Source: the human T2T-CHM13v2.0 reference genome, Homo sapiens. Taken from it: a stretch of DNA of 64,000 nt. The notes under the pieces are model-generated. The model ran no database searches. It was given only the letters and a program-made list of their open reading frames with translations, and was not told the DNA's origin. Positions 1-18,089 of the stretch are shown here, piece by piece (the stretch's first letter is position 1; every line of letters begins with the position of its first letter). The DNA is taken from the NCBI RefSeq assembly GCF_009914755.1, contig NC_060929.1; one strand, 5' to 3'. The position numbers and the translations under genes are program-made.

Positions 1-112
1 TTCTCCATCCCTGTCCAGAAGGCCCACCTGAAGCAGTTTGCCTTCAGCTGGCCAGGGACACCTTCACTGTCCTCCCTCAGTTTAGATCAACTCTCCAGCC
101 CCATGTCACAGT
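1..112 (+). mobile_element. ERVL-class pol (reverse transcriptase) fragment
   Basis: Translates with frameshifts to FSIPVQKAHLKQFAFSW...TFTVLPQ...INSPAPCH, the retroviral RT QFAF-W...LPQG..NSP motif. Confidence 0.7.
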
Positions 113-202
113 GTGAACCCAGGAGGCAGAGCTTGCAGTGAGCCGAGATCGCGCCACTGCACTCCAGCCTGGGTGACAGAGCGAGACTGCGTCTCAAAAA
201 AA
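113..202 (+). mobile_element. Alu 3' fragment
   Basis: gtgaacccaggaggcagagcttgcagtgagccgagatc...tctcaaaaaa. Confidence 0.9.
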
Positions 203-239
203 GGTATCGATTTTAAAACTTGATTTTTTATATATGTAT

Positions 240-600
240 ATATTGTGCAATGAGCACCATAGTCAAGTCAGTTAACATATTTATCGCCTCACATAGTTAA
301 CCTTTGTGTGTGTGTGTAAGATGAGAACACTTAAGATCTACCCTCTAAACAAATTTCAGGTATAAAATACAATAGTGTTAACTATAGTCACCATGCTGTA
401 CATTCCATCTCCAGAACTTACTCATCTTGAGTAACCGGAAATTTACACTCATGACCAGCATCCCCCCATCCCCCCACTTCTCCCTCCCTCCAGCCCTGGA
501 AACCACCATTCTACTCTCTTCTATGAGTCTGACTATTTTAGATTCCACATATAAGTGAGAGCATGCAGTATTTATCTTCCTGTGGCTAGCTTATTTCACT
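240..600 (-). mobile_element. Old L1 (L1M) 3' end fragment
   Basis: gattccacatataagtgag...atgcagtatttatcttcctgtggctagcttatttcact, typical of an L1M 3'UTR in antisense. Confidence 0.7.
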
Positions 601-1165
601 TGCAAATGGACTTTATGAAGCTAGTATTATCCTGATACCAAAACCAGAAAAAGACAGTACAACAAAACTGTAAAACAGCATCTTTCTTGAATACTGATGC
701 AGAAATCATTAATAAAACATTACTAATACATCAATAATAGATGAAAAAATTATATGATGGACAATTGATGTACTCCAGAGATATGAGGCTGGTTCAATGT
801 TTGAAAAATCAATCAAAGAACAAAGTAGGAAGAATTAATTTATATGATTTAATAACTTATACAGCTATAGTAAACAAGGGTGTGTGATATTAGCAGAGTG
901 CAGACCAATGGAACAAGGTAGAGAACCCATGACAAGAACCACACAAATATGCCCACCTAATTTGTCACAAAAATGCAAAAGAAATTCAACGCAGAAAAGA
1001 TAGCCTCTTCAGAGAAGAGCAACTGGACATTCACAGGCACATACACACAAAATGAACCTTAACCTAAACTTCACAAACCTTAATCACAATTTAACTCAAA
1101 TGTACCAGGGACTTAAATGCAAAATGTAAAACTATAAAACTTTAAGAAAAATATAGGAAAAAGTC

Positions 1166-1565
<400 letters not shown>

Positions 1566-2128
1566 TTAAAATGTTGGTAAATTGTACCTCACAAAGTCTT
1601 TTCTCTGTGAAAGCCCATAAGAAGGGCATGAAAAGACAAGCTACAAACAGGGAGAAAGTATCTGCAACACCCATATCCCATAAAACGAATATCTAGAATA
1701 TATTTTAAAAAACTCTCAAATAATAACAGTAAAAACAAAAATCCAATTAGAAAATGGCCAAAACCATGAAGAGCCATGTCACTGCAGAGGATATGCAGAT
1801 GGCAAATAGGCATACAACATGCTCCGTATCATCAGCCGCCAGGGAACTGAAAATGGAAGCCATAAGTAGATATCACCGCTTTGTCATGCTGTGCAGAGGG
1901 GCCCTGGGCAGAGGCCAGTCCCATCATTCTAAGCTCTGCTAAGGCCCTCTGCGATGGACACTCTGAAGGCCATTCTATTCGCCTTTTAATGAATAGTGAC
2001 AAAACAAAATGCTGGTGAGGATATGGAGAAACTGGTTCACTCATACATTGCTGGTGGGGATGTAGAATGACACGGCCATCTGGTAAAGAGTTTGGCAGTT
2101 TCTAAAAAAAAAAAAAAAAAAAAAATTA

Positions 2129-2428
<300 letters not shown>

Positions 2429-3058
2429 TTAAACATGCAATTATTATACACCCAGAAATTGTACCCCTGGGTATTTATCCCAAAGGAAGTCTTGTGTTTA
2501 CACAAAACCTGTATCTGGAGGATTATAACAGCTTTACTCACAATAGTCCAAACTGGAAACATCCCGGATGTCATCCACTGGGCGAAGGGTTCAACAGCTT
2601 CTTCTACATCCACCCAGTGGAACACTACATGGCAAGAAAAAGGAATTAACAATTGATCCATGCAACAACCTGGAGGAATCTCTAATGAGTAACTGAAAAA
2701 AGCTATTCCCAAAAGGCTACATACCGTACAATTCCATTTATATAACATTGTTGAAATAACAAACTTATAAAAAGGAAGTGTATTTCAGCGGTTGCCAGGA
2801 GTTAAGGAGGGGCTGAGGGCGGGAGGGACGTGCATGTCCCTCATAAAGGGCAGTGAGAGGGTTTCTTCTGGTGACTCTCTTGACTGTATCGATGTCAATA
2901 TCCTGGTTATGATACTGTGTTTTCTGAGCTGTTACAGCTGGGGGGACCCGGACATAGGGCCTAAGGGATCTCTCTAGAGTCCCTCTGTACTACTTGTTAC
3001 AACAGCATGTAGAACTATAATTATCTCAAAATAATGTTTCCTTAAAAAATAAGACCAC

Positions 3059-3357
3059 GGGCTGGGTTCGTAGCTCACGTCGGTAATCCCAGCACTTTGG
3101 GAGGCTGAGGCGGGCGGATCACCTGAGGTCGGGAGTTTGAGACCAGCCTGACCAACATAGAGAAACCCCGTCTCTACTAAAAAATACAAAAAAATTAACC
3201 AGACATGGTGGCGCACGCCTGTAATCCCAGCTACTTGAGAGGCTGAGGCAGGAGAATTGCTTGAACCCAGGTGGCGGAGGTTATGGTGAGCCAAGATTGT
3301 GCCACCATACTCCAAGCTGGGACAATAGTGAGACTCCGTCTCAAAAAAATATAATAA
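3059..3357 (+). mobile_element. Alu (AluSp/Sq-like)
   Basis: Full dimer with A-rich tail. Confidence 0.95.
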
Positions 3358-3914
3358 TGTGTCCGGAATTTATTCTTTCTGGTGGGTTCTTGGTCTCACT
3401 GACTTCAAGAATGAAGCCATGTACCTTCGCGGTGAGTGTCACAGCTCTTAAAGATAGTGTGGCCGGAGTCTGTTCCTTCAGATATGTCCGGAGTTTCTGC
3501 CTTCCAGTGGGTTCTTGGTCTCACTGACTTCAACAATGAAGCCACGTACCTTCACCGCGGGTGTTATAGCTCTTAAAGGTGGTGCAGACCCAAAGGGTGA
3601 GCAGCAGCAAGAATTTATTGTGAAGAGCAAAGAAAGAACAAACCTCCCACAGCACGAAAGAGGACCTGAGCACCTTGCATCTGCTGGCGCTGGTGGCCAG
3701 CTTTTATTCCCTTATTTGCCCCTGCCCATGTCCTGCTGATTGGTCTATTTTACAGAGTGCTGATTGGTCCATTTTTATAGAATGCTGATTGGTGCATTTA
3801 CAATCCTCTAGCTAGACACAGAGTGCTGATTGGTGCATTTACAATCCTCTAGCTAGTCAGAAAAGTTCTCCAAGTCCCCACCCGACCCAGAAGCCCAGCT
3901 GGATTCACCTCTCA
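3358..3914 (-). mobile_element. LTR12-family (HERV9) solo LTR, LTR12F-like
   Basis: TG...CA termini; minus strand starts tgagaggtgaatccagctgggcttctgggtcgggtgggg; four ACCAATCAG (CCAAT) repeats at 3736-3835; ggtgggttcttggtctcactgacttcaa duplication; near-TSD ataa/atga. Confidence 0.85.
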
Positions 3915-4065
3915 ATGAGACCACCCACAAATGTGGAAAAATGAACTTAACACACAGTGATTATGCCACCTGTGTTTTTATCCAAAAACTATCTCCTGAA
4001 GTAAGATATCAGCTTTAATTTTAATACGAGGATCTGGAGGCTCAGAAACATGAAATAAAAGTTCT

Positions 4066-4369
4066 GGCTGGGCGCAGTGGCTCACGCCTGTAATCCCAGC
4101 ACTTTGGGAGGCCAAGGCGAGTGGATCACCTGAGGTCAGGAGTTCAAGACCAGCCTGTCCAAGATGGTGAAACTCCATTTCTACTAAAAATACAAAAATT
4201 AGCTGGGCATGGTGGCGGGCGCCTGTAATCCCAGCTATTCAGGAGGCTGAGGCAGAGAATTGCTTGAATCCAGGAGGCAGAGGTTGCAGTGAGCCGAGAT
4301 CATGCCACTGCACTCCAGCCTGGGCAACCAAGTGAGACTCCATCTCAAAAAAAAAAAAAAAAAAAAAAA
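4066..4369 (+). mobile_element. Alu
   Basis: Full dimer with poly-A. Confidence 0.95.
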
Positions 4370-4606
4370 GATTCTATGATCACACAGCCAGGAAATGAAG
4401 GCAGGATTGAGCAGTTACCTCTGGGGTAAAAGTTATCCCTTACTACAAAGGAGCTTCCATGCAGGAAGCATGATGCAGGAATGAAAGGACGGGTCCAAGA
4501 TCACTGGGGGGCTGAGCTCCCTCCCTGTCCCATGGTCTTTCTACAATTAAAGGTTCAACCCAAGCCACAAGCACAAGCCAGAAAGGGATGAGGTCACGGT
4601 CATTCA

Positions 4607-4612
4607 TTTATT
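4607..4612 (-). terminator. MSANTD5: Polyadenylation signal AATAAA of the MSANTD5-like gene
   Basis: tttatt on + strand, about 130 nt past the stop codon at 4740. Confidence 0.7.
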
Positions 4613-4739
4613 TCACATTTATTCTCATTGCACCAGGTGAGGAGAGGAAGGAGTCATTCACTAACACACACAGATTGTGCTGTTTTTCAGTCTTTCTGAT
4701 GAATCAGGATCCAGATTCTAAATGTCTTCAAGACCTGGA

Positions 4740-5051
<312 letters not shown>

Positions 5052-5054
5052 TCA

Positions 5055-5729
<675 letters not shown>

Positions 5730-6101
5730 TTATGGGAGATAATAGGACCTTAAATGAGAAGTGAGAGATTCAGCATCTGCCTGAGTCCTGACGCCTGACA
5801 CATCCAGTCACTGGGACAGGCAAGGAAACATCTGAGAGCCTGGGTCTTGCTCAAGTTCCTTAAAATGTTTCAGAGGCTACTGACAGGGTGTGATGGCATA
5901 TTTGCTGCCTGAGAGTGCTCCCCTGATGTGGGACTCACATCCCATCCCTGTGGGGCCTTTTACTGTCACCTGAGCTGTGGGCAGGGAGCTTAGGGGATGC
6001 TGAGGGCAGCCCTGGAATCCCCTGAGATGCCCCCTCTTGGGGCTTGGATGAGCGTATCAGACTCGAGAAGATGGAGGTGGGCTGGAAAATTTTCTCTACT
6101 A

Positions 6102-6644
<543 letters not shown>

Positions 6645-7213
6645 TGAAGGCAGGAAACAAGGGTTGGGGCTCCTGCAAGTACCCAGCTCAAACCCGCACG
6701 GAATTTCCAGGCTGGGAGCAGGGAGAGGGAAATCAAGCAGAGCGTGTGTTCTCCTGAGTTGAGAACTTGGGGAGAGTCTGCTGGACCTCACAGTGGCAAG
6801 TACAGGACACAGAAGCAGTACTGGGGAGAGGGTGGAGAGAGGGAAGCAGAGAGAGCTCTGTGGATCTACTGGGAAGTCCCCTGTCCAAGCAGATCAGAGC
6901 ATGAATGAGAGGAAACTGCCTGGGCTGGGAAAACACCGCGAGAAAGGAGCAGGCTGGAAAGTTCCTGGGGTCACTCTGGGCGGTGAAGAATCTGAGTCTC
7001 CGCAGCTGGAGTAAAAAGTCTGCCTAGTCCAAGGGGCTTTGAAGAGAGTGCTAGGAGAGTAGCGCCTCAGCAGTGGGGTCAAATTACCCACAGACTGAAG
7101 TTTCTTCCCATACCAACTAACAAAGATTCAAAACGATCCCCCAAAGCATCAATCTAATTCCAAAGGCTGCCTGTGGCTGAACATACAGAGGAAGCGGGTG
7201 CCTTAGAGGATAA

Positions 7214-7624
<411 letters not shown>

Positions 7625-7794
7625 TTACTCCTGAGTTTTCTCCCGGGAGTCTTCTCACTGTGCCTGCAGGGTCTGGTCAGTTCCTGAGTTGGCGGAACAC
7701 TGGCACTTACTCTCCTCTAGTGGAACCTAGGAGAGTCAGGAGGAACCCGAGTGTGGAAATGTGCTTGCTTCTGTCGGCTTCTGGAGGTCTCTGA

Positions 7795-7965
7795 AGCCAA
7801 TGCAGATCGGACATGTTTAAATATCTTAAATGTGATTGGGTCAGACCCACCCAACCTGGAGACTTTGGATTAACTAAAGATAAACTAATTTAGTACTTTA
7901 ATCACATCCACAAAATCCCTTCATCCAGACTAGAATTTGATTGAATAACTGCAACAGGGAAATTG
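7795..7965 (-). promoter_or_regulatory. Decayed MaLR (MLT1E-like) LTR U3 segment, putative promoter of the MSANTD5-like gene
   Basis: Minus strand cagttattcaatcaaa...tgaagggattttgtggatgtgattaaag...gggtgggtctgacccaatcaca resembles MLT1E-type LTRs; TATA-like TATTTAAA at 7816-7823, about 200 nt upstream of the ATG. Confidence 0.55.
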
Positions 7966-8615
7966 GAGATCAACTCGGCAGGGGTTCTAAGGGTCTCTGA
8001 GACCAGCATCTCCAGATGCAAAGGGATGGGTTGTTACATTCCTATAGATAAATTACCCCTTCCCCCTGAGTTCGTGCTGAATGGTCAGCTTTGTCCTTAG
8101 GGTTTGACCTCTGAGGATTAATTGCGATGTAAGGATTAGGGGAAGAGACTAGGCTTCAGCTGGTTGAGGGTGAATGGATGGCATGGATGGCAGTTATGGA
8201 TGTGGGACCCTCTATGAGAAGCTCAGATTAAAAAGGAGTTTAGGGTAGGGAAGAGAGAGGCGAACAGAGCTTTCGCTTTACAAGAGGACAGACTTGAGAT
8301 TTACATATACAGAAATGAGGAAGCAGAGGGATATTGGAGGGTGGTTAATAGTTTGGGCAAGTAAGTGACGGTGGGGACGGAGAAGGAGTGTGCTGAGTGC
8401 CCAGCATGTGAGGGAAGCAACTCCTAGGTTGCTTTTTGGCTTCAGAATCTCAGATGCAGTCCAGGATTAGGGATGCCCTCAGAACAAATCTTAACTCTTG
8501 GGCTTGATTCCACTCTACTCAGCACAATCCTAAGATTCACAGCTTTTAGCTCATGATAGCGTCTGAGAAGACAGGGAAGGGGGCTTTACAGTGAATGGTA
8601 CTTTATTTCTACCCA

Positions 8616-8921
8616 TTTTTTATTTTTAGAGGTAGGGTCTTGCTCTGCTGCCCAGGCTGGGGTGCAGTGGCGTGATCATGGCTCACTGCAGCCTCAAACT
8701 CCTGGGCTGAAGTGATCCTACTGCCTCAGCCTCGCAGGTAGCTAGGATTACTGCAGGTGCTTGTGCCACCATGCTTGGCCTTTTTTTTTTTTTTTTTTTT
8801 TTGTAGAGACAGGGTCTCACTACGTTGCTCAGGCTGGTTGTGAACTCTTCATTTCAAGCAATCCTCCTGCCTCGGCCTCCCAAAGTGCTGAGACTGCAGG
8901 TGTGAGCCACCATGCTGGGCC
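8616..8921 (-). mobile_element. Alu (AluJ-like)
   Basis: Diverged antisense dimer. Confidence 0.9.
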
Positions 8922-9448
8922 TAGTGGTACCTTAAGTCAGAACAAACTCCATGTGGCTTAAGACTAATCTTTGCTTCTTTCCATGTCATCTAAAAATACC
9001 ACCATCTCTTCATTTCCACAGACAGATTTCAGGCCTCCATTTCCTGATGCCCATATGGTCAGGAAACTCTTCTCTGTGCTTCCCACTTTGGGCCTGTCCA
9101 ATACACCCCCACTCTGCCTCAGGGACCATCTGAGACAAAAATCTGACCAAGTTATTCCTTCCTCTCCCCCAAATGTTAATGAACACCGTCTTCTTCCCCA
9201 GGCTCGAGCCCTCTGTCTTGCTGGAGGCAAATAGAAACTTTAGGCACCTCAGCCCTGCATCTAGCAGGAGCCTGCACTCAGCGTGTTCACCCCCAGCATC
9301 ACCTCCCATTCAACTCATCTTCAGGGTTTCTGCCCTGCTATAAATGGCAACTGTATCCAGGCTGTTTCAAAAACAGAAATGCAGAAATAATTCCTGAATT
9401 CTTTATCTTCTCAGTGACAGCTTCTTCTCAATCAGAAATTACTGATAG

Positions 9449-9742
<294 letters not shown>

Positions 9743-9846
9743 GATACCTTATTTTCTAAATAAGTACCATTAACTGACTTTTTATTCATGCTGAAATTAA
9801 AATAGTGCAGGCATCAAGGTTACTTCCATGGACAACAGCTGTTGCA

Positions 9847-9968
9847 TTCTAATGGGGACCCTGCTTATCTTGTCCTCGGTATATGCACCAAGCCTGTTTC
9901 TGTGGCTTCTAATGGGGACCCTGCTTATCTTGTCCTCGGTATATGCACCAAGCCTGTTTCTGTGGCTT
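9847..9968. repeat. Perfect 60-bp tandem duplication
   Basis: ttctaatggggaccctgcttatcttgtcctcggtatatgcaccaagcctgtttctgtggc x2, no mismatches. Confidence 0.98.
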
Positions 9969-10914
9969 TCCAGCACAGACATTCTTCATTCCATGGCTCT
10001 GGGGCAGCTTCAGATCAAGCTGATTTTCTCTGTTTGTCCGGGCTCCAGGCTTCTCCCATTTCCTGAACACACTGGGCACTGTGTGGCCTCGGGGCCTTTG
10101 CTGCTTCTGCTCGTTGCTCTGCTCCCATCACCAGTCACCCATCAGGCCCGCTCCTCCTGCAGGCCCCCGTCGCCCTGGGCATGGGGGCCGTCTCCATCCC
10201 TGGCACTCCTCACAGGTGCTGCCTCGCCATGCTCTCCTCAACTTGGACACAGTACATTTCAACACAACTCCCTGGTCAAGTCTAGCTCTTCCACTGGCCT
10301 ATGCGTTCAGTGAAATTGTGGATCTTGTCTACAGGTGAATCCCGTGATAGGACAGCTTCCCAGTCCTGACTCTACAATGGAATCAGCTGGAAGGCTTTCT
10401 CAAAGGCCAATTCCAATCATTCAAATTTAGTTATCCTGGGCTGGTCACTGTGGAGAAAAGTCCTCTGGTTATTCTAACGCTAGTCTGGCATGAGCTCTTT
10501 GCCTTAAAGGAGTATCACGGGCTTTGCCATGAACTACACTGAGTCCAGGGGCCACCTTGGTCCTGCCCCACCTCACTGGGCCCCTGGGAGGTGGGAGATT
10601 AGATTAGATTAGAACTGCCAGGCTTCAGGCTAGCACTCCCGAGAGAGTGTGACCATCCTGAGAGTCCCTTCTCAGAGATTCCAGTGTGACCATCCAGGTT
10701 GATCCCGAGCACGAGGAGCTCAGAGGGTCCCAGGTGGGTCTGATGCATAATCCGGGCTGAGAGGCTGAGCTTGGAGAGGCTGAGCCTGGAGAGGCTCGGA
10801 AGGCCAGGGACCTTTTTATTTCTGACAACAGACGTAAGTGCCACGGAATCTCTGGGGCCTAGGGCAGGAGATTGGGACCTGATTTAGGAAAGACTTCTTG
10901 AGCTTTGAGATTAG

Positions 10915-11306
<392 letters not shown>

Positions 11307-11551
11307 TGGGTGTTCAGTTTTAAATATTTGGGAAAATCATCTAATCTAGGGGATACTGTTTCAGTGTTTCAGTGTAAAAAATTAATATATGATTAATTTT
11401 GGCTGGATTTTTGGAAACTAGTAGGGCAACAAGGTCGAATACTGGGGGAAAGTGACTGAAAGTAATGAGGTGTGCCCTATGTGAAGGAAGGTCCGCACAG
11501 GTCACACACTGGACAGGTTTCCCTGGATTAATTTAAAATATATATATTTTT

Positions 11552-11707
<156 letters not shown>

Positions 11708-11786
11708 ATATATATATATTTAAATATATAAATATATCTATATATTATATATTTATAAATATATATTTATTATTTTAAAAATATAT

Positions 11787-12063
11787 ATTTTTTGAGATGG
11801 AGTTTTGCTCTTTTTGTCCAGGCTGGAGTTCAATGGTGTGTTCTTGGCCTACTGGAACCTCTGCCTCCCGGGTTCAACCTCAGCCTCCCGAGTAGCTGGG
11901 ATTACAAACATGCACCACCATGCCCGGCTAATTTTGTATTTTTAGTAGAAACGGGGTTTCTCCATGTTGGTCAGGCTGGTCTCAAACTTCCGACCTCAGG
12001 TGATCCACCCGCCTCGGCCTCCCAAAGTCCTGGGATTACAGGCGTGAGCCACCGCGCCCGGCC
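11787..12063 (-). mobile_element. Alu (AluSp-like)
   Basis: Antisense dimer, tail-to-tail with the preceding Alu across a TA-rich spacer. Confidence 0.92.
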
Positions 12064-12230
12064 GAATATTTTTTAAAATAATAAAAATTGCAAAGAACTT
12101 CCCTGGATTAACTAAAAAAAAAAAAAATAAAAAAAGAAATGGGACAGGGTGAGCCAGTGGTAGTTTCTGATGTACCAAGGAAGTATTTTATTTGCAAATC
12201 GAAATGGAGTCTTTTCAGGTTCCCTAGTGA

Positions 12231-12927
<697 letters not shown>

Positions 12928-13731
12928 CATGTCAATTTTCCCCTAAATGGTGTGAAGAGGATCTGAAGTAGTAGGTGAGAGACAGGCCAGAGAAGAGAGC
13001 AGTCACGGAGACAAACACACAGGGCGATTCCACTGTGCAGACAGAGCCCAGCCTTTCCCATGCCAAAGACACACGAGAGAGCACCCGAGAGAACAGATTC
13101 CATGAAGACATCATGTTCCTCTCTGGCTCTCAGCCTTGAGGGAGAGGCCATGTGCACTCAGAACAGGAGAGGCCAGGCCAGGTCCTCAGGGCTGCTGCTT
13201 TGTCCACCTGTTGCTGAGGAGCAGCAGGAGTGAGGCGTGGGCACGCTCCCATGGCAAGCCCTGTGCACAGGTGTGCGGAGGGCGCCCACGGGCAGGGTCC
13301 CGTGTCAGGGTGCTTGGGCTTGGCCTGCTCCACAGTGTGATGCGCTTGGCTTGCATGAGTCACTCCCTTCATAAGTGTGAGCTGGAACACAGGAGAGAAA
13401 ATCCTGAGGAGACTTGGTCCTCCATTCTAGCCCAGGATTCTTTCTAGGGCCCCTCTCTAGGGCAAAGCCTGCGACTTTCAAGCCTAATGGTCCAGTATAT
13501 GCCTATAAAGGGAGTGAATTTCATCATGGCTTGGAGCTGCTTCTATTTTCAACATTATGAGAGAAGAGAGGTTGATTAATGGGTACAAATATACAGTTCG
13601 ATAAAGAAATAAGACCTAGTGTTTGATAGATCAGTAGGGTGACTACAGTTTACAATAATCTATTGTATATTTCAAAATAGCTATGAGAGAGTAATTTGAC
13701 AGTCTTGACCATAAAGAAAAGACAAATATTT

Positions 13732-14080
<349 letters not shown>

Positions 14081-14261
14081 TTACCAAATATATGAATGTA
14101 GTAAATTATCACTTATATACCCCAAAAAATTTTTAAAAGAAAATCACCAGTTATTTCAATACCAATCCCAAATAATTCACACAGCCACAGTTTTGCAATT
14201 CAAGGGGATCTGGAAGGAATGAAGTCATTGGACAAAAGTAATTGAGAATTAAGTGTGTCAC

Positions 14262-14625
14262 ATCTGAATGCTTGCGTACCCCCAAAATTCATGTGTTGAA
14301 ACCCCATGGCCTAATGTGATGGTGTGAGGGGATGAGGCCCCCGGGAGATGATTAAGACTAGCTGAGTCATGAGGGTGGAGCCCTCCTGCATAGGATTAGG
14401 ATCCTTACAGGAGTCCAAAGAGAGCTTGATTCCCCCTTCACCACCTGAAGAAGGAGCTAGAAGGCACCTTCTATAAGCCAGAAAGTGGGCCCTCACCAGA
14501 CACCAAATCTACCACAGCCTCCTCTTGGACTTCCCAACCTCCGCAATGTGAGAAATACATTTCTGTTTTTATAACATAGCCAGTTTGTGGAATTACACTG
14601 TAGTAGCCCAAATGGACTAAAACAA
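14262..14625 (+). mobile_element. MaLR LTR (MLT1A/MST-like)
   Basis: cccccaaaattcatgtgttgaaacc...ttggacttcccaacctcc...gtgagaaatacatttctg...gcccaaatggactaaaaca. Confidence 0.8.
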
Positions 14626-14917
14626 ATGGGTATGTAGTGATATCAGGGTTCCTGGGCAGAAATAGTTGTCAACAGAAGAGATTTGGGGAGCAAGTCAGAA
14701 ATTGCGGATGTCTACAGGAATGTCAGAAGTGTCCCCTGAGCTACGGATGAGAACCGGAAGAGTTGCTTTTGCAGATAAGGAGTCACTGTTTTAGTGACAA
14801 AAGAATATAGTATTTTAGGGATAGCAATAAAGTGTCAGGAAACAGAAGTTGAGAGCAGAGAGAGAACTTCCACACTCTTAACCCAGCCGTGGAAGGAGAG
14901 GCAGGCACAGGGGATGA

Positions 14918-15376
<459 letters not shown>

Positions 15377-15705
15377 TAAGACCTTGCTTCTCAATGAGAG
15401 TCTGAGACTGAGTCTCAGCACTTTCACTTGCTCTGTGAGCTCAGGCACATCCTCTGCTCTCTCTGGGTCCCCGTGTCTTCCCCTGCAAAAAAGGAGAACT
15501 TATATCTCACCCTCCAAGATGTACTCCCTGATGATTAGCTTAAGGATTTGGGACTTTGATGGCATCAGCCAAATCCCTTCAGGGCAGCGCCTAATCCAGG
15601 GTTTGATTGGATACCTGGGTGAGGGTGTGACTGCCTTCAACTTGCACAAGGATTTGGAAGGATTCTGGGCCCCGTATCCCCAACTGCAAAATAGGAGGTT
15701 GTCTT

Positions 15706-16173
<468 letters not shown>

Positions 16174-16179
16174 CTACCC

Positions 16180-17185
16180 ATTCTATTAAATGTGGTGTGG
16201 TTGATTTTCATATGTTGAACCAACATTGGACTTCTGGGATAAATCCCAGAAGTTCATGATGTGTAATCATTTTCATTAGCTCCTTTATTTATATTAATTT
16301 TGGTAGAAATTGCCTAGCCATAGGTGCCAGGGGCTTCAAATTCCTCTAGTATCCTTGCTTTCATCTCCACTTGTAACTGAATTTCCCCAAATGGTCCTCC
16401 TCGGGGACAGTCTGTGGCTCTGTCTGCTATAACCCAGCGCTGTTGCACTGCGGCTCTGCTGGGATGGTGGCAGAGGGGGTGCATTCTATAATCTTCCAGT
16501 TAAATCTGTCAGTACTCGTGTGTCCAAGGGCTGGGACCTACTCAAGTGTTCTCCAGTGGTATAACTTTGCCTCCTTGCCCTGCCCTCCCTCTCCTGCTTG
16601 CAGGATTCCAATCTACTGGAATCCTCAAAGTGTTGAGCCATGTTGACAGTTTCCTCTCCCTTAGGTGAGACAGGAAGGATAGAGAGAATGGGGAATGTCC
16701 TTCCTCCAGCTAGCATAAGACTCTGGCAAGCTTTTTTTCCCTAGAGTGTCGGCTTTTATGGAGAAGACTCTGGGTGTATTTCACAATGATTCCCCTTCTT
16801 CTGCCACAGCCCTCAGGGGATATTTCTCAGATCATGACCTTGGGAATCTGCTGGGATTCCTGGAGCTAATGGCAGTGGCGGTATGCGGGACCCGTTATGA
16901 CTATGGACCCAGAAGTTCCACATTCTCAGTTTAGTCCATATTCAACCTCCAGCAATTCATCAAAATTACCTGTTAGTTTTCCGACCAGTTTTGGCTCCAG
17001 TGGGCTCCAAGTAAACAGATCTCAGCTGTGTCTCTGGATACACCCGTCTCTCCAGATTTCACAGTTGTGACTTCAGTTCTCAGAAAGATAAAAGTCACTG
17101 CTTTTCAGCTTGACTAGCTTTTTCTTATAAGGATAGGGGTGACTACTTCCAAGCCGTTTGCATGTTGTAGTTGAAACTGGGGGTT
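16180..17185 (-). mobile_element. Old L1 fragments (L1MD-like)
   Basis: ttgattttcatatgttgaaccaac...gggataaatccca and L1MD-like 5' region motifs. Confidence 0.5.
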
Positions 17186-17468
17186 CCAACAAATTTCTGA
17201 GTGCTAGAGAATGAAAGAGAGAATTGAAGAATGAAGAATAGAAGAATATCGAATGACAACAGAATCACAAAAGTCCTTTAACTGCTCAGTTTAAACAGTT
17301 TAAATGCCGAGGAAGGGAACAATTTCATGATGACTTCAGTGTCAATAGGATGGCTATCAGAGGTTGTCTGTGTAGCATCATGCAGAAACGCAGAATATGG
17401 ATAGGACACCTTCTACAGCCTACTTCAGGCTTTGCTTTAATTTTGAATAACAATTGTTTGCACTTCTG

Positions 17469-17800
<332 letters not shown>

Positions 17801-17967
17801 CTACACATCTACATAAATTTGTATTTGTATTATATCAACCAAAGGAATACAATTTGACTTATTAACTCAATTTAGTTTCTGCAAAAAGCTTCAATTTCCC
17901 AGGTCTCATCTAGAAGGGATAAGATAGCTTTATAAGCACAGGTTTTCAAAAGAAAAACATTGCAGAG

Positions 17968-18001
<34 letters not shown>

Positions 18002-18089
18002 CTCATTGTGATTATTTGCATCTGGGGTTATACTGTAAAAAGAGACATTTTAGATCTTTTATATAGTCTCTAATAGTAAACAGAAAGAT

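Noticed and set aside
9828-10313. 161-aa hydrophobic ORF with a repeated segment
   Set aside because: The repeat is simply the 60-bp DNA duplication; no splice, promoter or homology support.
15530-15650. Second MLT1E-like fragment sharing ccttcaacttgc with the MSANTD5 donor region
   Set aside because: Only a 12-bp exact match; no evidence of a duplicated gene copy.
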